A stretch of 64,000 bases of DNA from Octopus sinensis (lineage: Eukaryota): assembly GCF_006345805.1 (NCBI RefSeq), contig NC_043005.1, forward strand, positions 78,058,001-78,122,000, read 5' to 3'. This document shows, one piece after another, positions 13,369 through 24,753 of the stretch. The notes beneath the pieces are model-generated. The model saw only the letters and a list, made by a program, of their open reading frames with translations, was not told where the DNA came from and did not search any database. The position numbers and the translations under genes are program-made. Each line of letters begins with the position of its first letter. Within the stretch, counting starts at the first letter, position 1.

Positions 13369-13792
13369 TTAAACATTTGCTATATAATTCTCTTTGAATT
13401 TTAAATTAGAGACCACCCTTCTTAGGAGTCACAATTTTACTTATACAGTAACCCCTCGATATCGCGGGTGTTACTTTCCAAAGCACCCGCGATAGGTGAA
13501 AATCCGAGAAGTAGAAACAGTAGTGTACTGTATATATTATAAAAATTATTTTTATAATTTGTATATATATATTTTATTACAAATGCAAAACCACACCACA
13601 GAGGAATCGACGTAATCTTAAATAATAAACCGCGATAGGTGAACCACCATATGGCGAGGGATTACTGTACTCTCCCCACGTTTTCTCTAAGTAGTTAACT
13701 CACAAAGTCGGCTTTATAGTCTTCCCGTTATTATTACCAAGATTACGCTTCTCCAAAGAAGTTGAGGAGCTTCTTTGCTACCATTTTCTGTA
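13369..13792 (-). pseudogene. Truncated H1 paralog (3' third of CDS only), interrupted by a MITE
   Basis: Reverse complement contains gggaagactataaagccgac...gttaact and aaaattgtgactcctaagaagggtggtc...aaatgtttaa, matching H1 at about 25260-25428. The globular domain is absent and there are indels. Confidence 0.75.
13446..13667. mobile_element. Tc1/mariner-pogo (Tigger-like) MITE
   Basis: TA|CAGTAACCCCTCG ... CGAGGGATTACTG|TA, with internal repeat ccgcgataggtgaa twice. It splits the H1 pseudogene. Confidence 0.85.
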
Positions 13793-14252
13793 CCTGTTCG
13801 TCATGCTATGCTTTTATAATTACCAGAATAGTATGACGGAAGTCATACGGTATCATGTTCACACTTAGACATCATCTCTGATGCATACAATCAAACACTG
13901 GTCGATATTGAAAATTCTAAACAGTCTAAGACTGGCAAGGATGTTTGACCAGTATGTCGTGCGAACTCGAGTATGAAATACAGTTGCAACGTTCAATCGA
14001 GAGATTCTTCTGACAACAAGCTAGTGTATTCAATAACTAGAACTGTAAGGTCACAAAAAAAAAAAAAATGATTCTTGGTTCCAGATAAATAATATGGATA
14101 CTTCCCTATTTGCGACAGCCAAGTTTTTTTTATTTACTTAAGGAATTGGATGGCGAAAATCTCAAAACTTAATGTCGCGGACAAAAAAATTGTGCAAAAG
14201 AAAAGATCCTATTGTTTGTACGAAGTTTCCAAGTGCTTCTGAGAACAAAATA

Positions 14253-14465
14253 TTCTTTTCTACTCCAGGCACGAGGCCCGAAATTTTGGAGGAGGGGGTA
14301 GTCGATTAGATACACCAGTATGCAACTGGTACTTAATTTATCGATCCCGAGGGGATGAAAGGAAAAGTCGACCTCGACGGAATTTGAACCCAGAACGTAA
14401 CGGCAGACGAAATACGGCTACGCATTTCGCCCGGCGTGCTAACGTTTCTGCCAGCTCGGCGCCTT
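14253..14465 (-). mobile_element. Full-length Meta/MESC-SINE with 13-bp TSD
   Basis: TSD tgagaacaaaata at 14240-14252 and 14466-14478. Confidence 0.9.
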
Positions 14466-15149
14466 TGAGAACAAAATAGTTCGCAAATTACTGTTCCACG
14501 ATTTCTGTTGTCACCTCAAAATACAAGTAATAGTATTAAGTAAACATCAGCATTATTAGGAGCATGTATGTCAATGAGGCGAAGTGGCGGAATCTTTAGC
14601 ATATCGGATAAACATACCTTGTGGTACTTGTTGGGGCTCTTTATACACTGAGTTCAAATCCAGCTGAATTCAACTTTTAATCCTTTAGGGAGTCGATAAA
14701 ATAAAGTAAATCATAGAAATTATTGTTACGTATTTCATAGACACCTCAAGGAATTGTGAAATCGATACCGACATCATCTGAACACGGAAGTAATTAGAGA
14801 ACTATGTTCCGTTCGCCCCTCCATAGCTTGAACCATCCCTCATATTTACAATATACAGGTTGCTCTAACTAGGACGGTAAACTGGTAGAAATTGCATAGC
14901 GTCGCATCAAATAACCAAAGTTCTCAGATTGGATTTCTTTTAGCACAATTTTAATTTCTGGTCCTTTTTTCTGAGTTGATTAAGAAATAGTCAATCAAAT
15001 ATTGTCCTCAATTATTTTGGTTGGTATAACAGGCAATACCACCTTGCCGCCAAATTTGAGGTCTACTGCCTGTGTTAATAATCAATATTATTAAACCTAT
15101 CCCCCTGTAATTGAGGCTTTCAACCTAAATTAAAAATCAATGCACATAT

Positions 15150-16500
15150 ATAGTTTTTCACAGCGTTTTAAATCTTCAAAGAATTTGATTCTTACAAACG
15201 GCAATAATAATATTACACTTTTGAAAAGGAGGGGGAGAAAACAAAAAGTCATACAAGTTTCATTTAAAAGGGAAAAAAATTAATAATATAAGTGAAGTGA
15301 CTTTAAATGCTTGTAGAAAATTGGTCTGAAATTACGCGTACCCGGTACCTATAAATATTGAAAGCGGAGTGGAATATTTATCATAAGACTGAAGCAAAAA
15401 ATTATTGATGGAAATCAATGTTAATAGATTTGTGTAATTTAATTTATGTTTTTAATTAATATATTTGGAATTCCAATTGATTTGTACTTTATTTTCTGAA
15501 ATATACGTAAAAGTCTAGAGAGATTTGGTATAAATGTATTTATCATGGCGTAAACACACAGGAAGATTAAAAGTGAGCAGTATGTGCTAAAGTGTGACTT
15601 ATCAGTTTTACTGTAATTCTGCGGCCAACAACATTGAATGGTTATACTTTGAAGTACCTACATGCATCTAGATGGACAGGGAGGATGGGTGTCAGGACGC
15701 ACAGCCATAAACACCTCAGTGTTTCTTATAGACAAATCGTGTCTATAAACTGAATTAGCGGTGTGTCGAACTGCTAAAAAAGAGGTTTGGTATCCTGAAA
15801 CAAGAAACCGTACTATGGAGTATAACTGACCAAAGCATGCAATAATATATAGCTTAAAGCTATGAAATATGCATAATAGTGTTGTACAATTGACAAGTGT
15901 TTGTTTCATGAACATGCAGTATTGTGTTCAAAGCTGTGAAAGTTGTTTAATGAGAAATGGAAAGCGCTAGACTGTCTTGCATAAGATACACTACACGAAG
16001 CCGCAGTGTGGATTCCTTAGAATGTAGTGAATTGTATGTCTCACAAAAACTGGTTTCCCTTCTTTGATTTTATTACCGAGCACAAAAGCTACACGACTTT
16101 AGTCTGTTAACCTGGGGACCTGCACTTGCAGTTTCAATGCATTTTCTTAAATACTTTGAGTCCAATATCTAGTTTTCCTAATACAAAATCTGTTTGCCAA
16201 ATAGTAGTAAACAGCTTCTATGGCATTACAACCCCCTCTTTACCTTAATATATTTATGAAATCCTTCTGACATTTATTTCACCCATATTTCTATAAATAG
16301 AAAATCTTTTTGTCTTCTTTCAACTGATTATACTTCCCAACCTTCTAGCAGTTCAAAATAACTTAATGAATATTCTTCAGTCAGAAGATAAACTCTACTA
16401 CCTTAATGTTCTTAAAATTCAAATCGACATCTTTGTTTATATATCAACCTTCTCTATAATGTTATCAATTGATATGAAAATTATGTATTAATGGAAAACC
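15150..16500 (-). pseudogene. Decayed LRR protein with cysteine caps
   Basis: LRVVYLMQDSL (about 16000), TLVNCTTLLCIF (LRR-CT-like) and CPSRCM*VLQSITIQC (LRR-NT-like, about 15680-15630). Confidence 0.45.
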
Positions 16501-16884
16501 TCTATAAATGGCTGATGATTGCTCAACATTTTAAAACTGCTGCAATACTTACAATATTTAATAAAATGATGTAGTGTTAAACGATCGTACCAAATTACCG
16601 AAGTTATTCCTGCTGCTTATTTTTGAGCATATATATATATAAATATTTATATATATATATATACATGAGCAAAATCCTCCCCGTCCAATGGACGGTGCTG
16701 AGTTGTCAAACATTTAAACCAAATTTTCTCAAGACAACTTGTCTGACCGTCCTATAGGCCTCCACTTTGAGAAACACTGATTTAACCTAAATTTGAGACA
16801 CCATCAACCGAAGAAATAAAGATTTTTTTCTATTCCAAAAATCGATATTCTATGCACATGTATGCAACCGAAGAGTTTAAATTA

Positions 16885-17184
16885 CTAGTAATGATAAGGC
16901 TGTTGACTGGGAGAACACAAACATGGTTTAAACAGTAAGCTTGGCAGGAAAGAAACGTGCCTTTAAGCAGGACAAAAACAACAGAAAATGGAATGTGCAG
17001 GTTGACGGAAGAAAAGCAGGACAAAAACGGCTTCATCGATCGACTTTTGTAATTTTTTCGAGACTTACACACGCCCTGATACCGTCGGTATCTATATATC
17101 AAATTTGAGCGCAATCGGATGGAGGATACCCAAGATCCTAGAAGACGCACAGACAGACAGACCGAACGGATTCTATATAATAGA
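16885..17184 (-). mobile_element. Short non-autonomous Helitron
   Basis: Minus strand starts A|TCTATTATATAG with (TCTG)n nearby and ends CTAG|T; the 3' hairpin is degenerate. Confidence 0.65.
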
Positions 17185-19035
17185 TATGTAAAGGTATATG
17201 TTCCGCGTTAGTAAAAATATATGGAAATGTGTATAGTTATAAGTGTCTTAATATGCGGCCCAACAAAAGCTGCTATTCATTCATAAATATTGGAGAGCAG
17301 CTTTGGAAGGTGGCGAGCTGGCAGAATGGTTAGCATACCGGACAAACTGCTTAGCGGCATTCCATCCGTGCTTACGTTCTAAGTACAAATTTCTCGGAGG
17401 TTTAATTTTGCCTTTCATTCTTTCGGGGTCGCTAAAATATGTACCTATTCACCACATGTGCCGATGTAATGGACAAACCCCTCGCAGGAAATTGCTGGCC
17501 TTTTGCCAAAATTTGAAACCGTTACTTTCAGTGTCTTTCAGTTTGAGGCCATTTAATGTCATTTACGCCATGCCATATCCTCTTTAGATAAGCACGTCAC
17601 AGCTTATGATTTTCTCTTATCTTGACGCTTTTTCTTTTTGTTGCTTGAACTAAGTGACAATAATACTTAGTCTTTCCTTTACGCCAATTACTCGACATTT
17701 CGAGAACAGATATCTATTAATACGTCATCAGCCTTATTGGTACCGCTTGCCAAATCATTTTCACAAGGCACTGGTCAACCTGGGATTGTTGTTGGCCTAT
17801 AATTACTAAGCAATAAGATCAAATGCAGAATAATGTGGCAGTAAAACGATCTGCTTACCAGCACAGCCACACTTGAGTCAATTGTACACTTTTTCCCATT
17901 TTTGCAAACTAGAATTTTTTCGTTATTTTTTAAGTAAAACAATAATTTATGTTAAGGCAAGTTGTATAATATATAATTTTCCTTTGCATACCGCCTCTTC
18001 CCCATCATAAGCAACAGCGATGGGTATACAGAGTTATTATTATCGATCTATTTAGAATCATCTATCAGCGGGAATACAGTTGACGAACGTCGAATAGCAA
18101 TTGTCTATAACGACCACTGACTTTTTACGATAAATCAATCCAACCTTTTTAATCGCTAGAAAACGTCTATTGACAGCTTTGCAAATATTCTGGATAGTAA
18201 AAGAAAAAGAAATCATCGAGTTGCCTGTGAATGAGAAAAATAAAAGTAAAAGCCATCTGATGTTCGTGGTAATAGGAGAAATCTAGTCATTTATTGGTTG
18301 GTAGTTTCGTAAAATAAAATTGCATTTTTCTTTCAGTGTATCCAAGGGGATGTTTTGAAAGAAAATCTGGATTTTATTGCTTTCAGATGTATATCTAGGC
18401 AGGATATTTTTATTGTCTGGATAAGAATGGAATGCAATACGTGGAATATATTGGTGATGGTAAATTTTTTAAATATCCATTTACTCGATGTAGCAGCATT
18501 CAATATTTTGTCTTCATTCTTTGAATCTTTCTCAAGTCGTTCTAATGGAGCCGTCCCCTCTTCTAAATCTATAGCAGCAGTGGCAGGACATTGAACTCAG
18601 CCCTTCAAGTTTATGTTTCCCTTTTAAACTATAACTGACTCTTTTTCTATACAGGGATTGAGCGGTTGGAAGTTAAGTATATTTACCTTCACCAATGTAC
18701 GACGACACAAATCCATTCTACAGATCATCACATTTAATTTATTTGATCAGACTGCCACATGAGCAATGCGACCGACATTAAACAACTTTAAACAACGTTC
18801 ATATCTGTTCTTTAAACGTTCCGGCAATTTTCGAACCTGTATAGGCTAATCGCAGTTGGGATTTTGTCACAGTTGGGATTTCCATTTTTTACGATTTGTT
18901 AGCATAAGGGATTCTGGGATACCTTCTGTCAATGAATCGAATGTGATGTGAACACACATTCGTTGTTATTCTCCTGGGAACGAAACAAAACATCAATTGG
19001 CATATTTGTACTCGAATCTGTTTGAACGTCTCACT

Positions 19036-20180
19036 AAGGCGGCGAGCTGGCAGAATAGTTAGCACGCCGGGCGAAATGCGTACCCGTATTTCGTTTGCCG
19101 TTACATTCTGAGTTCAAATTCCGCCGAGGTCGACTTTGCCGTTTATCCTTTCTGGGTCGATAAATTAAGGACCAGCTACACACTGGGGTCGATGTAATCG
19201 ACTTAGTCCGTTTGTCTGTCCTTGTTTGTCTCCTCTGTGTTTAGCCCCTTGTGGGTAATAAAGAAATAGGTATTTCGTTTGCCGCGACGTTCTGAGTTCA
19301 AATTCCGCCGAAGTCGACTTTGCCTTTCATCCTTTCGAGGTCGACTTTGCCTTTCATCCTTTCGAGGTCGACTTTGCCTTTCATCCTTTCGGGGTCGATT
19401 AAATAAGTACCAGTTACTCACTGGGGTCTATATAATCGATTTAATCCGTTTGTCTGTCCTTGTTTGTCGCCTCTGTGTTTAGCCCCTTGAGGGTAGTAAA
19501 GAAATAGGTATTTCGGCTGCCGCTAAGTTCTGAGTCCAAATTCCGCCGAGTTCGACTTTGCCTTTAGAAGGTGGCGATGGCAGAAACGTTAACACGCCGG
19601 GCGAAATGCGTAGCCGTATTTCGTTTGCCGTTACGTTCTGAGTTCAAATTCCGTCGAGGTCAACTTCGCCCTTCATCCTTTCGGGGTCCATAAATTAAGT
19701 ACCAGTTACGCATTGGGGTCAATATAATCGACTTAATCCATTTGTCTGTCCTTGTTTGTTCTCTCTGTGTGCAACCCGTTGTGGGTAGTAAAGAAATAGA
19801 AATAGGTATTTCGTCTGTCTTCACGTTCTGCGTTCAAATGCCGCTAGGGTCGACTTTACCTTTCATCCTTTCGGGGCCGATAAATTAAGTACCAGTTACG
19901 AATTGGGGTTGATGTAATCGACCCATCCCCTCCCCCAAAATATCAGACCTTGTGCCTTTAGTAAAAGGATTATTTTGATTCTCGCTAAGGCAACCAGTTA
20001 GCAAAGTGGAAAAAATACTTAGCAGCATTTGCCCATTTTTACGTTCCGAGTTCAAATTCCACCGAAGTCCACATTATTGTTTCAGAGTCAATGGAATAAG
20101 TACCAGTTGATTACTGGGGGTTGATGTAATCGATTAGCCCATTGTGCCTAAAATGTAGAGCCTTGTCCTAAAATTTGAAA
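19036..20180 (+). mobile_element. Meta/MESC-SINE tandem array
   Basis: At least five cores and several heads, with tail/ggtatttcg junctions and an internal 27-bp triplication at about 19312-19395. Confidence 0.9.
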
Positions 20181-20265
20181 CTACAATTTTAATTCTCGCT
20201 GTTTACTAAGCATATGATAATCTGTTATCGGTGGGAAATAATTTGTTTTCAAATACCTAAGAGTG

Positions 20266-20644
20266 ATTATTACCTCCCCCTTCGCTAGGGCAAAGGTATT
20301 TTTTTTTCAGTCGTATCTATTGGTTTGTTTGTCCGTGGACAAGATATCTCAAGAACCACTGGATGGATTCGGATGAAACTTTCAGAGATGTTAGCCATTG
20401 TGACTGGCACAAACTGATTAGATTTTTAGATTGATCCGGTACCGGACAAGGATTCTGGATTATTTTTCTTGTTTTTTTTTTATTTAAGTTCTGAGAGTGG
20501 TCGGGTTAATCTTTGGTATTCTCGTTTGTGAGAGCGGTCGAGTTTATTTTAGATCTTCTCATTTTAAAAATTATGGCTGAATAATCGTTGAAAGAGCGTT
20601 GGTGTTGCATTGACAGAGATTTGCACTCTACGACTGCTCTTGTT
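20266..20644 (+). mobile_element. Helentron/DINE-like non-autonomous element
   Basis: Starts ttattacctccc, has (GTTT)n and a ggatggatt...gaaacttt core, and ends with degenerate sub-TIR gacagagat plus gcactct..actgc hairpin and ttgtt. Confidence 0.5.
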
Positions 20645-21058
20645 GACGTTTGAGATGTATATTTTTACATGAGCTTTACTTAGACGCAAAAGTGCTGTTT
20701 TTTTTTAAATTCCAATAAGGCCAGAATTAGATTATACTCTTATTAAACTCATATTTCGAACGAGTGTAATCAATTGTATATATTAATTGTATTTACTAGT
20801 GGGACCTGTGTAAATTCCACAGAACGGAAAAAAATTAAAAGAAGCTATTTAAGAAAGAAAGGATGATTTTTAGTTTTATTTTGCTAAGTTACTTCACTTC
20901 CAGCCACAATAATGGATAATATGATTTAAAAATTTCCCTCTGCTAAGCACTTTATATATCTCTCTACTTCTTCAACAGACTCTGTAACCATTAATTCTTC
21001 TCTCCGAGTCTTTAACTTATTCTTTCTTTCTGTTTATCATTCCCTCGCCCACCCTTAA

Positions 21059-24000
21059 CATTATTGAACACCTCCGTCTGTTCCCGAAATACCTCGCTGT
21101 TTTGAATAAGTTTGAAACCTGCCTCCTTCCCGATCCCTAAATCCCTGGATGTGGTATCACACCTCAAGAAAGCATGCACAAAGAGAATATGGCTGCAAAC
21201 CTGGACCCCAGGCTTATGCTTGATCAAATTAGTACCCATGCACCTGACTTCTGCTCATTGCTTTGGTATAGGTCGGAAGTGGATGTCATGTTGGTTATCC
21301 TTTGCAAGGTGAATGAGGAGAACAAGCATGTCTATGTTCTCTCCGACTAATACAGTTTCTCTGTCCTCAGAGATTCTCACTGCAGTTTGGGCAATAAGAG
21401 TATCTGCAACCCCTGTGACATGGATAAATTCACAGCCTTCTTTGGTCAGGGCATCTCGCAAAAGTTCAAGAAAGCGTCGCTTGTCTCTTGGTTAGAGAGG
21501 AATTCCATCTCTTTTCACTGGAGCTTCGTGGACGGATGGAATGTCACCTTCCACACTCCACTCAGTGCTGATGTGTGCTGTCTTTTGTTGAAGGACCTGC
21601 CCCATAACTGCCAAACACAACCACTGCCTTGTAACATATCTGGTATAGACCTGCAATACCTTGTCGGATGCTGCCATGGAATGCAACGGAGAAGAGCACC
21701 TCCATCAAGAACGTATGTAATATTTTTAAACGGTGCTGGGTTGTGCGGTACCGCGAACCAGATGGCATCAGCTAGTTGTGGCTTTACAGTTTTCAGGAGC
21801 TTTTCCTTCCCTTCGAAAAAGGTTGGTGGGAAGTGCAGAGTTCATAGGTGAAAATCCTGCAATGATGACTCGTTGAAACAGATGAAGGAAATCAATCTGT
21901 ATTTCCTCATCACTTATCTTGCCTGCCGACTTAGAGTCAAGAGTCACTGCTTGGGCTTTCCTTTTGAAACTGTACTTGACGACACGTCGCACAACAATTT
22001 CATTAAGAATGTCATATCCAATACTTTTTGTATCATCCACATTAATTTCGAAACCAGTTGAGGTTCCGCTGACTATGTCGCAGAGAGATGAGTCTGCTTC
22101 GAATGGAAACTTCCATTCAATGAAGGACAGCAGTTAGCTACAGTAACTACTGTCCTTTGGTTGCCGAGCTTGCAATGTGTTTTTATGCTGTTCACTCGTC
22201 TCGTACGTGATGGATGTCAGCTGTTGCGTTGCCATGTTTACTTCTGCACAGGCTGACCTTGAAAGACACCAGCCCAGTCTTTGTGTTTCCGTCATTCTTC
22301 TTCCTCTAGTGAGTCCTCTAATCGTCTTCAGACTTCTCATTAGTACCTGTTGGACCACCAGGTCTGGAGGCAACCCAAACCAAGGTGGCCACTCCTCCTG
22401 ACTACATATAGTCCCTGGACAAACTTGGCAAACAAAGGACAGTAGTTACTGTAGCTAATTGCTGTCCTTCATTGATTGGAGGACTCCATTCGAAGCAGAC
22501 TCATTTCTCTGCAACATAGGGGAACATCAAATGGTAGACATTGGTGTGTGTGTGTGTGTGTGTGGCTTCTAGTTTTGTTATCTTCTGCAGATAGAGGTGC
22601 AATGACTTCGCGTACATTTTATGGCCGGAGATAGCTAAGTACGGAATCATGGTTGCGATTGGGTGAATGATCTCATGATGTCTATTGTCCCCATGTATAG
22701 CAGCCACAGACGTGCAATACAGTAGCTCGATTCCAACATGTCCTTGTGTGTCTCAAGTTTCTTTTGAAGATTCTGCAGGTACAAAGATGATTCTACATCA
22801 TTGAGCGTGATTTCACCAGAGAAGAGATCATCATAGAGGTTCCCTATTGTCCCCAAATCCATTGTCATTAGATAAAGCAAACTTGATCCCCAAGAGAAGT
22901 GTGGAAGGATGGAACCTACAAGGAGATGACCACCAATGGCACGAGCAGCTGCGGTTTCAGTTAATATATGGGTAACAGTGTTCCCAGCGAAGATCACCTC
23001 CAAGATTTCTTGAAGGCCTGTTCCTCTCATCAAGTACCCAGTGCTACTTAGAAAGCTTATTAGTGTGTGAAATACCCCAAGTCTTAAAACAATTGGATGT
23101 AGATCACTGTTCTCTTCAGGACTTTCCACAACTGTAGTTTCCTTGAACCACAAAGGGTGGTCAAAAATGAGAACTGGTGTTGCTCCATAGAGCTTGGCAT
23201 GCTCTGCAACGAAGTGTGAAGTTGAGTTGTCACATATCATGTCATTTGGGTTCATATCAACCATGGGAAGGAACATGGTGGATGACTGTCCTGGGTAGTC
23301 TCCGTTGTTTATTATTTGCATGTATCCATACCATGCTGGTCTTGATAACCGGATAGACAGGGACGTTTTCCACAGGAGATCTACATTTAGACTTTCCCTG
23401 CGTTTGGGTTCCTCTGGTAGCTTCACACTTGATATTAGCAAGTTCATCACCAAGTGATATGAATTTCTTAATGCTGACGTATCCTGCTGCAGCGATCTCT
23501 CCTGCAGTCACAGACACACGTTTTACCACTGAGGTGCCAACACATTTGGGTGTTACAGATGCTATAATACCTATTTGTTTATTACCCACAAGGGGCTAAA
23601 CATAGAGAGGACAAACAAGGACAGACATAGGTATTAAGTCGATTACATCGACCCCAGTGCGTAACTGGTACTTATTTAATCGAACCCGAAAGGATGAAAG
23701 GCAAAGTCGACCTCGGCAGAATTAGAACTCACAACATAAGGGCAGACGAAATACGGCTAAGCAATTCGCCCGGCGTGCTAACGATTCTGCCAACTCGCCG
23801 CCTTATGCTATAATACCAATGCAGTGGAATGTCCCAGAGCCTAGTCAAGAGTCATAGTGTCATGAATCACGTTGTCGACCGTCACAACCTTTACCATCCA
23901 GTATGACTGTTGCTCCATCTGTCACTTTCTTGTTACAAAATACGCAGTTTGCCATGATGACCATGAAAAGAAAATAGTTGAATATTAATATAGGCCTAAA

Positions 24001-24164
24001 GACAGACGTTATGGGAAAACCTACATGTAGTTATGAATACTACTACCTATACTGATGTCATACATGTAGTACAAACATCTCAGTTTTAGAATCCAATACT
24101 TGGACATGTCATATCATACACACTTCTTATACCAATCGTATAGCGCATACATGCCGGTTAAGGG
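21059..24164 (-). mobile_element. Degenerate Academ-type (AcademX-like) DNA transposon fragment: transposase plus XPG/FEN-like nuclease
   Basis: Colinear frameshifted minus-strand ORF pieces: DNVIH..GTFHCIGIIA, FLPMVD, FDHPLW, LRLGVFH..SFLSSTGYLM, YAKSLHLYL, DLVVQQVLMRSLK..GLTRGR, then PIN/XPG-like ADTLIAQTA..VLVGENIDMLVLL and H3TH-like HAFLRCDTTS..GIGK. Bounded by TTAA at 21055-21058 and 24165-24168. The superfamily call is from recalled motifs, not a search. Confidence 0.65.
23572..23804 (-). mobile_element. Meta/MESC-SINE inserted in the Academ-like ORF
   Basis: TSD atgctataatacc at 23559-23571 and 23805-23817; removing the SINE restores ...FHCIGIIASVTP. Confidence 0.92.
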
Positions 24165-24689
24165 TTAAGGTGGGGTGAGACTATCCGTGGTAAGGGGATA
24201 GGGCAGCCCTAAATCTCTTGGCAGACATTTTCATGTGTAAGATATACGAGAAAAACATAAGTTAGAACATAAGAAGTGGTGCGCTGCCTGCCTGTACCTT
24301 GGTCATCTAATACTGAAATCCCGAAGTTCACCCCCGAAAAAAATATTTTGTTCCATTCAAAAGATTTTGTAGGACATTTAGTATAAAATGAAGGATATCC
24401 TACTGAACAAATATGAATAGGTTCTATTTGTGTTGCTATTAGTGGTGGGTTCTGGGGAATATCAGCTAATTTGACTGGACTAAGCGGGCGAACGGACAAG
24501 CAGATTGTTATATAGGTTTTCAAATGACTGAGACGCAACTGTGAAAATTCAGCGGGATTTGAACTTGAGACGGAGTGACATAAATTCTTATGCTCAAATG
24601 CTTTCGTAATTTTAAAATATTCTAATCTCCATTTTTCGGTCGCCATCACTTTCTTACAGAGATAAACACCCGTCCACTGATGAACTCTA

Positions 24690-24730
24690 CCAAAGCACAT
24701 AAATGGCTTGCAACTAGGGCGATTTGTAGT
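24690..24730 (+). promoter_or_regulatory. Candidate H1 core promoter (CATAAAT TATA-like box)
   Basis: cataaatggcttgcaa lies about 55 bp before the ATG and is conserved in the paralogous block at 12423-12451. Confidence 0.4.
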
Positions 24731-24753
24731 AAACAGGAATCACAGTCAAGAAT

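Larger units (their letters stand above)
12470..13792 (-). repeat. Segmental duplication copy 1, inverted part (reverse complement of about 25260-26200)
   Basis: Examples: tatggggtaactaataac (about 13000) vs gttattggttaccccata (25838); atctacattga (13201) vs tcaatgtagat (25632); ttaaggactttttgctc (12503) vs gagaaaaagtccttaa (26155). Confidence 0.85.
20796..24516 (-). mobile_element. Non-autonomous Helitron, 3.7 kb, with nested insertions
   Basis: Minus-strand 3' end: hairpin ctgtg-gaattta-cacag, then gtccca-CTAG|T. 5' end: A|CCTATATAA (TC mutated to CC). The paralogous empty site at 12240/12241 (gtattta|ttttca) shows insertion between A and T with no TSD. Confidence 0.85.

Noticed and set aside
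19036-20180. Regularly recurring repeats resembling a CRISPR array; recurring RPRKDERQSRPRRNLNSE peptides
   Set aside because: Eukaryotic SINE concatemers; the spacers are not unique, there are no cas genes, and the peptide is a SINE antisense translation.
22647-23453. 268-aa ORF as a domesticated or intact gene
   Set aside because: One piece of a multiply frameshifted transposase with SINE and microsatellite insertions.
24156-24170. ggttaagggttaagg as an interstitial telomere
   Set aside because: Only two imperfect units; better explained as a transposon terminus plus TTAA.
24209-24700. 163-aa minus ORF divergent from H1
   Set aside because: Spans the Helitron 5' junction and has no recognisable domain; likely a chance ORF.
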